Below, in pieces: positions 1 through 14,700 of a stretch of 64,000 nt of DNA; position 1 is the stretch's first letter; each line of letters begins with the position of its first letter. A program made the position numbers and the translations under genes. This DNA comes from Eledone cirrhosa (lineage: Eukaryota). The notes below the pieces were generated by a model. That model searched no databases. It was not told the origin of the DNA and saw only the letters and a program-made list of their open reading frames with translations. The stretch lies in the NCBI GenBank assembly GCA_964016885.1, contig OZ024744.1, positions 48,050,001-48,114,000 of the forward strand, read 5' to 3'.

Positions 1-2090
1 ACCACATCACATTAGACTATCAAGACCAGAAAACCAACCACATCACATTAGACTATCAAGACCAGAACACCAACCACATCACATTAGACTATCAAGACCA
101 GAACACCAACCACATTAGACTATCAAGACCAGAACACCAACCACATCACATTAGACTATCAAGACCAGAACACCAACCACATTATACTATCAAGACCAGA
201 ACACCAACCACATTAGACTATCAAGACCAGAACACCAACCACATTAGACTATCAAGACCAGAACACCAACCACATTAGACTATCAAGACCAGAACACCAA
301 CCACATCACATTAGACTATCAAGACCAGAACACCAACCACATTAGACTATCAAGACCAGAACACCAACCACATTAGACTATCAAGACCAGAACACCAACT
401 ACATTAGACTATCAAGACCAGAACACCAACCACATTAGACTATCAAGACCAGAACACCAACCACATCACATAAGACTATCAAGACCAGAACATAAACCAC
501 ATCACATTAGACTATCAAGACCAGAACACCAACCACATCACATTAGACTATCAAGACCAGAACACCAACCACATCACATTAGACTATCAAGACCAGAACA
601 CTAACCACATTAGACTATCAAGACCAGAACACCAACCACATTAGACTATCAAGACCAGAACACCAACCACATCACATTAGACTATCAAGACCAGAACACC
701 AACCACATTAGACTATCAAGACCAGAACACCAACAATATCATTTTAGACTATCAAGACCAGAACACCAACCACATTAGACTATCAAGACCAGAACACCAA
801 CAACATTAGACTATCAAGACCAGAACACCAACCACATCACATTAGACTATCAAGACCAGAACACCAACCACATTAGACTATCAAGACCAGAACACCAACC
901 ACATCACATTTGACTATCAAGACCAGAACACCAACCACATCACATTAGACTATCAAGACCAGAACACAAACCACATCACATTAGACTATCAAGACCAGAA
1001 CACCAACCACATCACATTAGACTATCAAGACCAGAACACCAACCACATTAGACTATCAAGACCAGAACTCCAACCACATTAGACTATCAAGAGAAGAACA
1101 CCAACCACATCACATTAGACTATCAAGACCAGAACACCAACCACATTAGACTATCAAGACCAGAACACCAACAACATTAGACTATCAACACCAGAACACC
1201 AAGCACATTAGACTATCAAGACCAGAACTCCAACCACATTAGACTATCAAGACCAGAACACCAACCACATTAGACTATCAAGACCAGAACACCAACAACA
1301 TTAGACTATCAAGACCAGAACACCAACCACATCACATTAGACTATCAAGACCAGAACAACAACCACATTAGACTATCAAGACCAGAACACCAACCACATC
1401 ACATTTGACTATCAAGACCAGAACACCAACCACATCACATTAGACTATCAAGACCAGAACACCAACCACATCACATTAGACTATCAAGACCAGAACACCA
1501 ACCACATCACATTAGACTATCAAGACCAGAACACCAACCACATTAGACTATCAAGACCAGAATACCAACCACATCACATTAGACTATCAAGACCAGAACA
1601 CCAACCACATTAGACTATCAAGACCAGAACACCAACCACATTAGACTATCAAGACCAGAACACCAGCCACATTAGACTATCAAGACCAGAACACCAACCA
1701 CATCACATTAGACTATCAAGACCAGAACACCAACCACATTAGACTATCAAGACCAGAACACCAACCACATTAGACTATCAAGACCAGAACACCAACCACA
1801 TCACATTAGACTATCAAGACCAGAACACCAACCACATTAGACTATCAAGACCAGAACACCAACCACATCAGATTAGACTATCCTGACCAGAACACCAACC
1901 ACATTAGACTATCAAGAACAGAACTCCAACCACATTACACTATCAAGACCAGAACACCAACCACATCACATTAGACTATCAAGACCAGAACACCAACCAC
2001 ATCACATTAGACTATCAAGACCAGAACACCAACCACATTAGACTATCAAGACCAGAACACCAACCACATTAGACTATCAAGACCAGAACA
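1..2090. repeat. Partial, mosaic HOR segment upstream of copy 1
   Basis: ~1-370 carries the AGAAAACC and ATTATACT markers also found at ~5080-5240. ~390-1250 follows the marker order of ~16940-17800 (AACTACATT, CATAAG/CATAAA, CACTAA, CAATATCATTTT, TTTGAC, GAGAAG). It also has its own variants, e.g. AAGCAC at 1201. Confidence 0.7.
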
Positions 2091-2299
2091 CCGACCACAT
2101 CACATTAGACTATCAAGACCAGAACACCAACCACATTAGACTATCAAGACCAGAACACCAACCACATCAGATTAGACTATCCTGACCAGAACACCAACCA
2201 CATTAGACTATCAAGAACAGAACTCCAACCACATTACACTATCAAGACCAGAACACCAACCACATCACATTAGACTATCAAGACCAGAACACCAACCAC

Positions 2300-5200
2300 A
2301 TCACATTAGACTATCAAGACCAGAACACCAACCACATTAGACTATCAAGACCAGAACACCAACCACATTAGACTATCAAGACCAGAACACCAACCACATT
2401 AGACTATCAAGACCAGAACACCAACCACACTAGACTATCAAGACCAGAACGCCAACCACATTAGACTATCAAGACCAGAACACCAACCACATTAGACTAT
2501 CAACACCAGAACACCAACCACATTAGACTATCAAGACCAGAACACCAACAACATCACATTAGACTATCAAGACCAGAACACCAACCACATCACATTAGAC
2601 TATCAAGACCAGAACACCAACCACATTAGACTATCAAGACCAGAACACCAACACATCACATTAGACTATCAAGACCAGAACACCAACCACATCACAGTAG
2701 ACTATCCTGACCAGAACACCAACCACATTAGACTATCAAGACCAGAACTCCAACCACATTAGACTGTCAAGACCAGAACACCAACCACATCACATTAGAC
2801 TATCAAGACCAGAACACCAACCACATTAGACTATCAAGACCAGAACACCAACCACATCACATTAGACTATCAAGACCAGAACACCAACCACATCACATTA
2901 GACTATCAAGACCAGAACACCAACCACATCACATTAGACTATCAAGACCATAACACAAACCACATTAGACTATCAAGACCATAACACCAACCACATTAGA
3001 CTATCAAGACCAGAACACCAACCACATTAGACTATCAAGACCAGAACACCAACCACATTAGACTATCAAGACCAGAACACCAACCACATCACATAAGACT
3101 ATCAAGACCAGAACATAAACCACATCACATTAGACTATCAAGACCAGAACACCAACCACATCACATTAGACTATCAAGACCAGAACACCAACCACATTAG
3201 ACTATCAAGGACAGAACACCAACCATATTAGACTATCAAGACCAGAACACCAACCACATTAGACTATCAACAACAGAACACCAACCACATTAGACTATCA
3301 AGAACAGAACACCAACCACATTAGACTATCAAGACCAGAACACCAACCACATCACATTAGCCTATCAAGAACAGAACACCAACCACATCACATTAGACTA
3401 TCAAGACCAGAACACCAACCACATTAGACTATCAAGACCAGAACTCCAACCACATCACATTAGACTATCAAGACCAGAACACCAACCACATTAGACTATC
3501 AAGACCAGAACACCAACCACATCACATTAGACTATCAAGACCAGAACACCAACCACATCACATTAGACTATCAAGACCAGAACACCAACCACATCACATT
3601 AGACTATCAAGACCATAACACCAACCACATTAGACTATCAAGACCATAACACCAACCACATTAGACTATCAAGACCAGAACACCAACCACATTAGACTAT
3701 CAAGACCAGAACACCAACCACATTAGACTATCAAGACCAGAACACCAACCACATCACATAAGACTATCAAGACCAGAACATAAACCACATCACATTAGAC
3801 TATCAAGACCAGAACACCAACCACATCACATTAGACTATCAAGACCAGAACACCAACCACATCACATTAGACCATCAAGACCAGAACACCAACCACATCA
3901 CATTAGACTATCAAGACCAGAACACCAACCACATCACATTAGACTATCAAGACCAGAACACCAACCACATTAGACTATCAAGACCAGAACACCAACCACA
4001 TTAGACTATCAAGACCAGAACACCAACCACATTAGACTATCAAGACCAGAACACCAACCACATCACATAAGACTATCAAGACCAGAACATAAACCACATC
4101 ACATTAGACTATCAAGACCAGAACACCAACCACATCACATTAGACGATCAAGACCAGAACACCAACCACATCACATTAGACTATCAAGACCAGAACACTA
4201 ACCACATTAGACTATCAAGACCAGAACACCAACCACATTAGACTAGCAAGACCAGAACACCAACCACATTAGACTATCAAGACCAGAACACCAACCACAT
4301 TAGACTATCAAGACCAGAACTCCAACCACATTAGACTATCAAGACCAGAACACCAACCACATCACATTAGACTATCAAGACCAGAACACCAACCACATTA
4401 GACTATCAAGACCAGAACACCAACAATATCATTTTAGACTATCAAGACCAGAACACCAACCACATTAGACTATCAAGACCAGAACACCAACAACATTAGA
4501 CTATCAAGACCAGAACACCAACCACATCACATTAGACTATCAAGACCAGAACACCAACCACGTTAGACTATCAAGACCAGAACACCAACCACATCACATT
4601 TGACTATCAAGACCAGAACACCAACCACATCACATTAGACTATCAAGACCAGAACACAAACCACATCACATTAGACTATCAAGACCAGAACACCAACCAC
4701 ATCACATTAGACTATCAAGACCAGAACACCAACCACATTAGACTATCAAGACCAGAACTCCAACCACATTAGACTATCAAGAGAAGAACACCAACCACAT
4801 CACTTTAGACTATCAAGACCAGAACACCAACCACATTAGACTATCAAGACCAGAACTCCAACCACATTAGACTATCAAGACCAGAACACCAACAACATTA
4901 GACTATCAACACCAGAACAGCAACCACATTAGTCTATCAAGACCAGAACTCCAACCACATTAGACTATCAAGACCAGAACACCAACCACATTAGACTATC
5001 AAGACCAGAACACCAACCACATCACATTTGACTATCAAGAACAGAACACCAACCACATCACATTAGACTATCAAGACCAGAAAACCAACCACATCACATT
5101 AGACTATCAAGACCAGAACACCAACCACATCACATTAGACTATCAAGACCAGAACACCAACCACATTAGACTATCAAGACCAGAACACCAACCACATCAC

Positions 5201-8200
5201 ATTAGACTATCAAGACCAGAACACCAACCACATTATACTATCAAGACCAGAACACCAACCACATTAGACTATCAAGACCAGAACACCAACCACATTAGAC
5301 TATCAAGACCAGAACACCAACCACATTAGACTATCAAGACCAGAACACCAACCACATCACATTAGACTATCAAGACCAGAACACCAACCACATTAGACTA
5401 TCAAGACCAGAACACCAACCACATTAGACTATCAAGACCAGAACACCAACCACATTAGACTATCAAGACCAGAACACCAACCACATCACATTAGACTATC
5501 AAGACCAGAACACCAACCACATTAGACTATCAAGACCAGAACACCAACCACATTAGACTATCAAGACCAGAACACCAACCACATCACATTAGACTATCAA
5601 GACCAGAACACCAACCACATTAGACTATCAAGACCAGAACACCAACCACATCAGATTAGACTATCCTGACCAGAACACCAACCACATTAGACAATCAAGA
5701 ACAGAACTCCAACCACATTACAATATCAAGACCAGAACACCAACCACATCACATTAGACTATCAAGACCAGAACACCAACCACATCACATTAGACTATCA
5801 AGACCAGAACACCAAACACATTAGACTATCATGACCAGAACACCAACCACATTAGACTATCAAGACCATAACACCAACCACATCACATCAGACTATCAAG
5901 AGCAGAACACCAACCACATTAGACTATCAAGACCAGAACACCAACCACATTAGACTATCAAGACCAGAACACCAACCACATTAGACTATCAAGACCAGAA
6001 CACCAACCACATTAGACTATCAAGACCAGAACACCAACCACATTAGACTATCAAGACCAGAACACCAACCACATTAGACTATCAAGACCAGAACACCAAC
6101 CACATTAGACTATCAAGACCAGAACACCAACCACATCACATAAGACTATCAAGACCAGAACATAAACCACATCACATTAGACTATCAAGACCAGAACACC
6201 AACCACATCACATTAGACTATCAAGACCAGAACACCAACCACATCACATTAGACTATCAAGACCTGAACACCAACCACATCACATTAGACTATCAAGACC
6301 AGAACACCAACCACATTAGACTATCAAGACCAGAACACCAACCACATTAGACTATCAAGACCAGAACACCAACCACATTAGACTATCAAGACCAGAACAC
6401 CAACCACATTAGACTATCAAGACCAGAACGCCAACCACATTAGACTATCAAGTCCAGAACACCAACCACATTAGACTATCAACACCAGAACACCAACCAC
6501 ATTAGACTATCAAGACCAGAACACCAACAACATCACATTAGACTATCAAGACCAGAACACCAACCACATCACATTAGACTATCAAGACCAGAACACCAAC
6601 CACATTAGACTATCAAGACCAGAACACCAACACATCACATTAGACTATCAAGACCAGAACACCAACCACATCACAGTAGACTATCCTGACCAGAACACCA
6701 ACCACATTAGACTATCAAGACCAGAACTCCAACCACATTAGACTGTCAAGACCAGAACACCAACCACATCACATTAGACTATCAAGACCAGAACACCAAC
6801 CACATTAGACTATCAAGACCAGAACACCAACCACATCACATTAGACTATCAAGACCAGAACACCAACCACATCACATTAGACTATCAAGACCAGAACACC
6901 AACCACATCACATTAGACTATCAAGACCATAACACAAACCACATTAGACTATCAAGACCATAACACCAACCACATTAGACTATCAAGACCAGAACACCAA
7001 CCACATTAGACTATCAAGACCAGAACACCAACCACATCACATAAGACTATCAAGACCAGAACATAAACCACATCACATTAGACTATCAAGACCAGAACAC
7101 CAACCACATCACATTAGACTATCAAGACCAGAACACCAACCACATTAGACTATCAAGGACAGAACACCAACCATATTAGACTATCAAGACCAGAACACCA
7201 ACCACATTAGACTATCAACAACAGAACACCAACCACATTAGACTATCAAGAACAGAACACCAACCACATTAGACTATCAAGACCAGAACACCAACCACAT
7301 CACATTAGCCTATCAAGAACAGAACACCAACCACATCACATTAGACTATCAAGACCAGAACACCAACCACATTAGACTATCAAGACCAGAACTCCAACCA
7401 CATCACATTAGACTATCAAGACCAGAACACCAACCACATTAGACTATCAAGACCAGAACACCAACCACATCACATTAGACTATCAAGACCAGAACACCAA
7501 CCACATCACATTAGACTATCAAGACCAGAACACCAACCACATCACATTAGACTATCAAGACCATAACACCAACCACATTAGACTATCAAGACCATAACAC
7601 CAACCACATTAGACTATCAAGACCAGAACACCAACCACATTAGACTATCAAGACCAGAACACCAACCACATTAGACTATCAAGACCAGAACACCAACCAC
7701 ATCACATAAGACTATCAAGACCAGAACATAAACCACATCACATTAGACTATCAAGACCAGAACACCAACCACATCACATTAGACTATCAAGACCAGAACA
7801 CCAACCACATCACATTAGACCATCAAGACCAGAACACCAACCACATCACATTAGACTATCAAGACCAGAACACCAACCACATCACATTAGACTATCAAGA
7901 CCAGAACACCAACCACATTAGACTATCAAGACCAGAACACCAACCACATTAGACTATCAAGACCAGAACACCAACCACATTAGACTATCAAGACCAGAAC
8001 ACCAACCACATCACATAAGACTATCAAGACCAGAACATAAACCACATCACATTAGACTATCAAGACCAGAACACCAACCACATCACATTAGACTATCAAG
8101 ACCAGAACACCAACCACATCACATTAGACTATCAAGACCAGAACACTAACCACATTAGACTATCAAGACCAGAACACCAACCACATTAGACTAGCAAGAC

Positions 8201-10250
8201 CAGAACACCAACCACATTAGACTATCAAGACCAGAACACCAACCACATTAGACTATCAAGACCAGAACTCCAACCACATTAGACTATCAAGACCAGAACA
8301 CCAACCACATCACATTAGACTATCAAGACCAGAACACCAACCACATTAGACTATCAAGACCAGAACACCAACAATATCATTTTAGACTACCAAGACCAGA
8401 ACACCAACCACATTAGACTATCAAGACCAGAACACCAACAACATTAGACTATCAAGACCAGAACACCTACCACATCACATTAGACTATCAAGACCAGAAC
8501 ACCAACCACGTTAGACTATCAAGACCAGAACACCAACCACATCACATTTGACTATCAAGACCAGAACACCAACCACATCACATTAGACTATCAAGACCAG
8601 AACACAAACCACATCACATTAGACTATCAAGACCAGAACACCAACCACATCACATTAGACTATCAAGACCAGAACACCAACCACATTAGACTATCAAGAC
8701 CAGAACTCCAACCACATTAGACTATCAAGAGAAGAACACCAACCACATCACTTTAGACTATCAAGACCAGAACACCAACCACATTAGACTATCAAGACCA
8801 GAACTCCAACCACATTAGACTATCAAGACCAGAACACCAACAACATTAGACTATCAACACCAGAACAGCAACCACATTAGTCTATCAAGACCAGAACTCC
8901 AACCACATTAGACTATCAAGACCAGAACACCAACCACATTAGACTATCAAGACCAGAACACCAACCACATCACATTTGACTATCAAGAACAGAACACCAA
9001 CCACATCACATTAGACTATCAAGACCAGAAAACCAACCACATCACATTAGACTATCAAGACCAGAACACCAACCACATCACATTAGACTATCAAGACCAG
9101 AACACCAACCACATTAGACTATCAAGACCAGAACACCAACCACATCACATTAGACTATCAAGACCAGAACACCAACCACATTATACTATCAAGACCAGAA
9201 CACCAACCACATTAGACTATCAAGACCAGAACACCAACCACATTAGACTATCAAGACCAGAACACCAACCACATTAGACTATCAAGACCAGAACACCAAC
9301 CACATCACATTAGACTATCAAGACCAGAACACCAACCACATTAGACTATCAAGACCAGAACACCAACCACATTAGACTATCAAGACCAGAACACCAACCA
9401 CATTAGACTATCAAGACCAGAACACCAACCACATCACATTAGACTATCAAGACCAGAACACCAACCACATTAGACTATCAAGACCAGAACACCAACCACA
9501 TTAGACTATCAAGACCAGAACACCAACCACATCACATTAGACTATCAAGACCAGAACACCAACCACATTAGACTGTCAAGACCAGAACACCAACCACATC
9601 AGATTAGACTATCCTGACCAGAACACCAACCACATTAGACAATCAAGAACAGAACTCCAACCACATTACAATATCAAGACCAGAACACCAACCACATCAC
9701 ATTAGACTATCAAGACCAGAACACCAACCACATCACATTAGACTATCAAGACCAGAACACCAAACACATTAGACTATCATGACCATAACACCAACCACAT
9801 TAGACTATCAAGACCATAACACCAACCACATCACATCAGACTATCAAGAGCAGAACACCAACCACATTAGACTATCAAGACCAGAACACCAACCACATTA
9901 GACTATCAAGACCAGAACAACAACCACATTAGACTATCAAGACCAGAACACCAACCACATTAGACTATCAAGACCAGAACACCAACCACATTAGACTATC
10001 AAGACCAGAACACCAACCACATTAGACTATCAAGACCAGAACACCAACCACATTAGACTATCAAGACCAGAACACCAACCACATCACATAAGACTATCAA
10101 GACCAGAACATAAACCACATCACATTAGACTATCAAGACCAGAACACCAACCACATCACATTAGACTATCAAGACCAGAACACCAACCACATCACATTAG
10201 ACTATCAAGACCTGAACACCAACCACATCACATTAGACTATCAAGACCAG
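2300..10250. repeat. Internal tandem duplication, period 3948 bp (3979 bp in the first part)
   Basis: Marker pairs: AACGCC 2451/6430, CACAGTAG 2697/6676, AAGGACAG 3209/7157, GACTAGC 4241/8189, ACAATC 5691/9639, GACCTG 6261/10209. Confidence 0.9.
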
Positions 10251-10279
10251 AACACCAACAACATCACATTAGACTATCA

Positions 10280-11450
10280 AGACCAGAACACCAACCACAT
10301 TAGACTATCAAGAACAGAACACCAACAACATTAGACTATCAAGACCATAACACCAACCACATTAGACTATCAAGAACAGAACACCAACCACATTAGACTA
10401 TCAAGACCAGAACACCAACAACAATAGACTATCAAGACCAGAACACCAACCACATTAGACTATCAAGAACAGAACACCAACCACATTAGACTATCAAGAC
10501 AAGAACACCAACCACATTAGACTATCAAGAACAGAACACCAACCACATTAGACTATCAAGAACAGAACACCAACCACATTAGACTATCAAGAACAGAACA
10601 CCAACCACATCACATTAGCCTATCAAGAACAGAACACCAACCACATTAGACTATCAAGACCAGAACACCAACCACATTAGACTATCAAAACCAGAACACC
10701 AACCACATCACATTAGACTATCAAGACCAGAACACCAACCACATTAGACTATCAAGACCAGAACACCAACCACATCACATTAGAATATCCAGACCAGAAC
10801 ACCAACCATATCACATTAGACTATCAAGACCTGAACACCAACAACATCACATTAGACTATCAAGACCAGAACACCAACAACATCACATTAGACTATCAAG
10901 ACCAGAACACCAACCACATTAGACTATCAAGAACATAACACCAACAACATTAGACTATCAAGAACATAACACCAACCACATTAGACTATCAAGAACAGAA
11001 CACCAACCACATTAGACTATCAAGAACAGAACACCAACCACATTAGACTATCAAGACCAGAACACCAACCACATCACATTAGCCTATCAAGAACAGAACA
11101 CCAACCACATTAGACTATCAATACCAGAACACCAACCACATTAGACTATCAAGAACAGAACACAAACCACATTAGACCATCAAGACCAGAACACCAACCA
11201 CATTAGACTATCAAGACCAGAACACCAAACACATTACACTATCAAGAACAGAACACCAACCACATTAGACTATCAAGAACAGAACACCAACCACATTAGA
11301 CTATCAAGAACAGAACACCAACCACATTAGACTATCAAGAACAGAACACCAACCACATTAGACTATCAAGAACAGAACACCAACCACATTAGACTATCAA
11401 GAACAGAACACAAACCACATTAGACTATCAAGACCAGAACATTAACAACA
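10280..11450. repeat. Subdomain enriched for the GAACAG (C>A) 31-mer variant
   Basis: Runs of TATCAAGAACAGAAC monomers, e.g. six in a row at ~11230-11410. The subdomain recurs at ~24930-26090, ~40470-41760 and ~57700-58850. Confidence 0.85.
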
Positions 11451-11739
11451 TCACATAGTCTATCAAGACCAGAACACCAACAACATCACATTAGACTATC
11501 AAGACCAGAACACCACCCACATCACATTAGACTATCAAGACCAGAACACCAAACACATCACATTAGACTATCAAGACCAGAACACCAACCACATTAGACT
11601 ACCAAGACCAGAACACCAACCACATCACATTGGACTATTAAGACCAGAACACCAACCACATTAGACTATCAAGACCAGAACTCCAACCACATTAGACTAT
11701 CAAGACCAGAACACTAACCACATCACATTAGACTATCAA

Positions 11740-14700
11740 AACCATAACACCAACCACATTAGACTATCAAGACCATAACACCAACCACATTAGACTATCA
11801 AGACCAGAACAACAACTAGATCACATTAGACTATCAAGACCAGAACATCAACAATATCATTTTAGACTATCAAGACCAGAACACCAACAACATACCATTA
11901 GACTATCAAGACCAGAACACCAACCACATCACATTAGACTATCAAGACCAGAACACCAACCACATCACATTAGACTATCAAGACCAGAACACCAACCACA
12001 TCACATTAGACTATCAAGACGTGAACACCAACCACATTAGACTATCAAGACCAGAACACCAACCACATTAGACTATCAAGACCAGAACACCAACCACATT
12101 AGACTATCAAGACCAGAACACCAACCACATCACATTAGACTATCAAGACCAGAACACCAACCACATTAGATTTCAAGACCAGAACACCAACCACATTATA
12201 CTATCAAGACCAGAACACCAACCACATCACATTAGAATATCAAGACCAGAACACCAACCACATTAGACTATCAAGACCAGAACACCAACCACATCACATT
12301 AGACTATCAAGAACAGAACACCAACCACATCACATTAGACTATCAAGACCAGTACACCAACCACATCACATTAGACTATCAAGACCAGAACACCAACCAC
12401 ATCACATTAGACTATCAAGACGTGAACACCAACCACATTAGACTATCAAGACCAGAACACCAACAACATTAGACTATCAAGACCAGAACACCAACCACAT
12501 TAGACTATCAAGACCAGAACACCAACCACATCACATTAGACTATCAAGACCAGAACACCAACAACATCACATTAGACTACCAAGACCATAACACCAACCA
12601 TATTAGACTATCAAGACCAGAACACCAACCACATCACATTAGACTATCAAGACCAGAACACCAACCACATTAGACTATCAAGACCAGAACACCAATCACA
12701 TTAGACTATCAAGACCAGAACACCAACCACATCACATTAGAATATCAAGACCAGAACACCAACCACATTAGACTATCAAGACCAGAACACCAACCACATC
12801 ACATTAGACTATCAAGACCAGAACACCAACCACATTAGACTATCAAGAACAGAACACCAACCACATTAGACTATCAAGAAAAGAACACCAACCACATTAG
12901 ACTATCAAGACCAGAACACCAACCACATCACATTAGACTATCAAGACCAGAACACTAACCACATTAGACTATCAAGACCAGAACACTAACAACATCACAT
13001 AGTCTATCAAGACCAGAACACCAACAACATCACATTAGACTATAAAGACCAGAACACCAACAACATCACATTAGACTATCAAGACCAGAATACCACCCAC
13101 ATCACATTAGACTATCAAAACCAGAACACCAAACACATCACATAAGACTATCAAGACCAGAACACCAACCACATTAGACTACCATGACCAGAACAACAAC
13201 CACATCACATTAGACTATTAAGACCAGAACACCAACCACATCACATTAGACTATCAAGACCAGAACACCAACCACATTAGACTATCAAGACCAGAAATCC
13301 AACCACATCACATTAGACTATCAAGACCAGAACACCAACCACATTAGACTATCAAGACCAGAACACCAACCACATCACATTAGACTATCAAGACCAGAAC
13401 ACCAACCACATCACATTAGACTATCAAGACCAGAACACCAACCACATCACATTAGACTATCAAGACCATAACACCAACCACATTAGACTATCAAGACCAT
13501 AACACCAACCACATTAGACTATCAAGACCAGAACACCAACCACATTAGACTATCAAGACCAGAACACCAACCACATTAGACTATCAAGACCAGAACACCA
13601 ACCACATCACATAAGACTATCAAGACCAGAACATAAACCACATCACATTAGACTATCAAGACCAGAACACCAACCACATCACATTAGACTATCAAGACCA
13701 GAACACCAACCACATCACATTAGACCATCAAGACCAGAACACCAACCACATCACATTAGACTATCAAGACCAGAACACCAACCACATCACATTAGACTAT
13801 CAAGACCAGAACACCAACCACATTAGACTATCAAGACCAGAACACCAACCACATTAGACTATCAAGACCAGAACACCAACCACATTAGACTATCAAGACC
13901 AGAACACCAACCACATCACATAAGACTATCAAGACCAGAACATAAACCACATCACATTAGACTATCAAGACCAGAACACCAACCACATCACATTAGACTA
14001 TCAAGACCAGAACACCAACCACATCACATTAGACTATCAAGACCAGAACACTAACCACATTAGACTATCAAGACCAGAACACCAACCACATTAGACTATC
14101 AAGACCAGAACACCAAACACATTAGACTATCAAGACCAGAACACCAACCACATTAGACTATCAAGACCAGAACTCCAACCACATTAGACTATCAAGACCA
14201 GAATACCAACCACATCACATTAGACTATCAAGACCAGAACACCAACAACATCACATTAGACTATCAAGACCAGAACACCAACAATATCATTTTAGACTAT
14301 CAAGACCAGAACACCAACCACATTAGACTATCAAGACCAGAACACCAACAACATTAGACTATCAAGACCAGAACACCAACCACATCACATTAGACTATCA
14401 AGACCAGAACACCAACCACGTTAGACTATCAAGACCAGAACACCAACCACATCACATTTGACTATCAAGACCAGAACACCAACCACATCACATTAGACTA
14501 TCAAGACCAGAACACAAACCACATCACATTAGACTATCAAGACCAGAACACCAACCACATCACATTAGACTATCAAGACCAGAACACCAACCACATTAGA
14601 CTATCAAGACCAGAACTCCAACCACATTAGACTATCAAGAGAAGAACACCAACCACATCACATTAGACTATCAAGACCAGAACACCAACCACATTAGACT

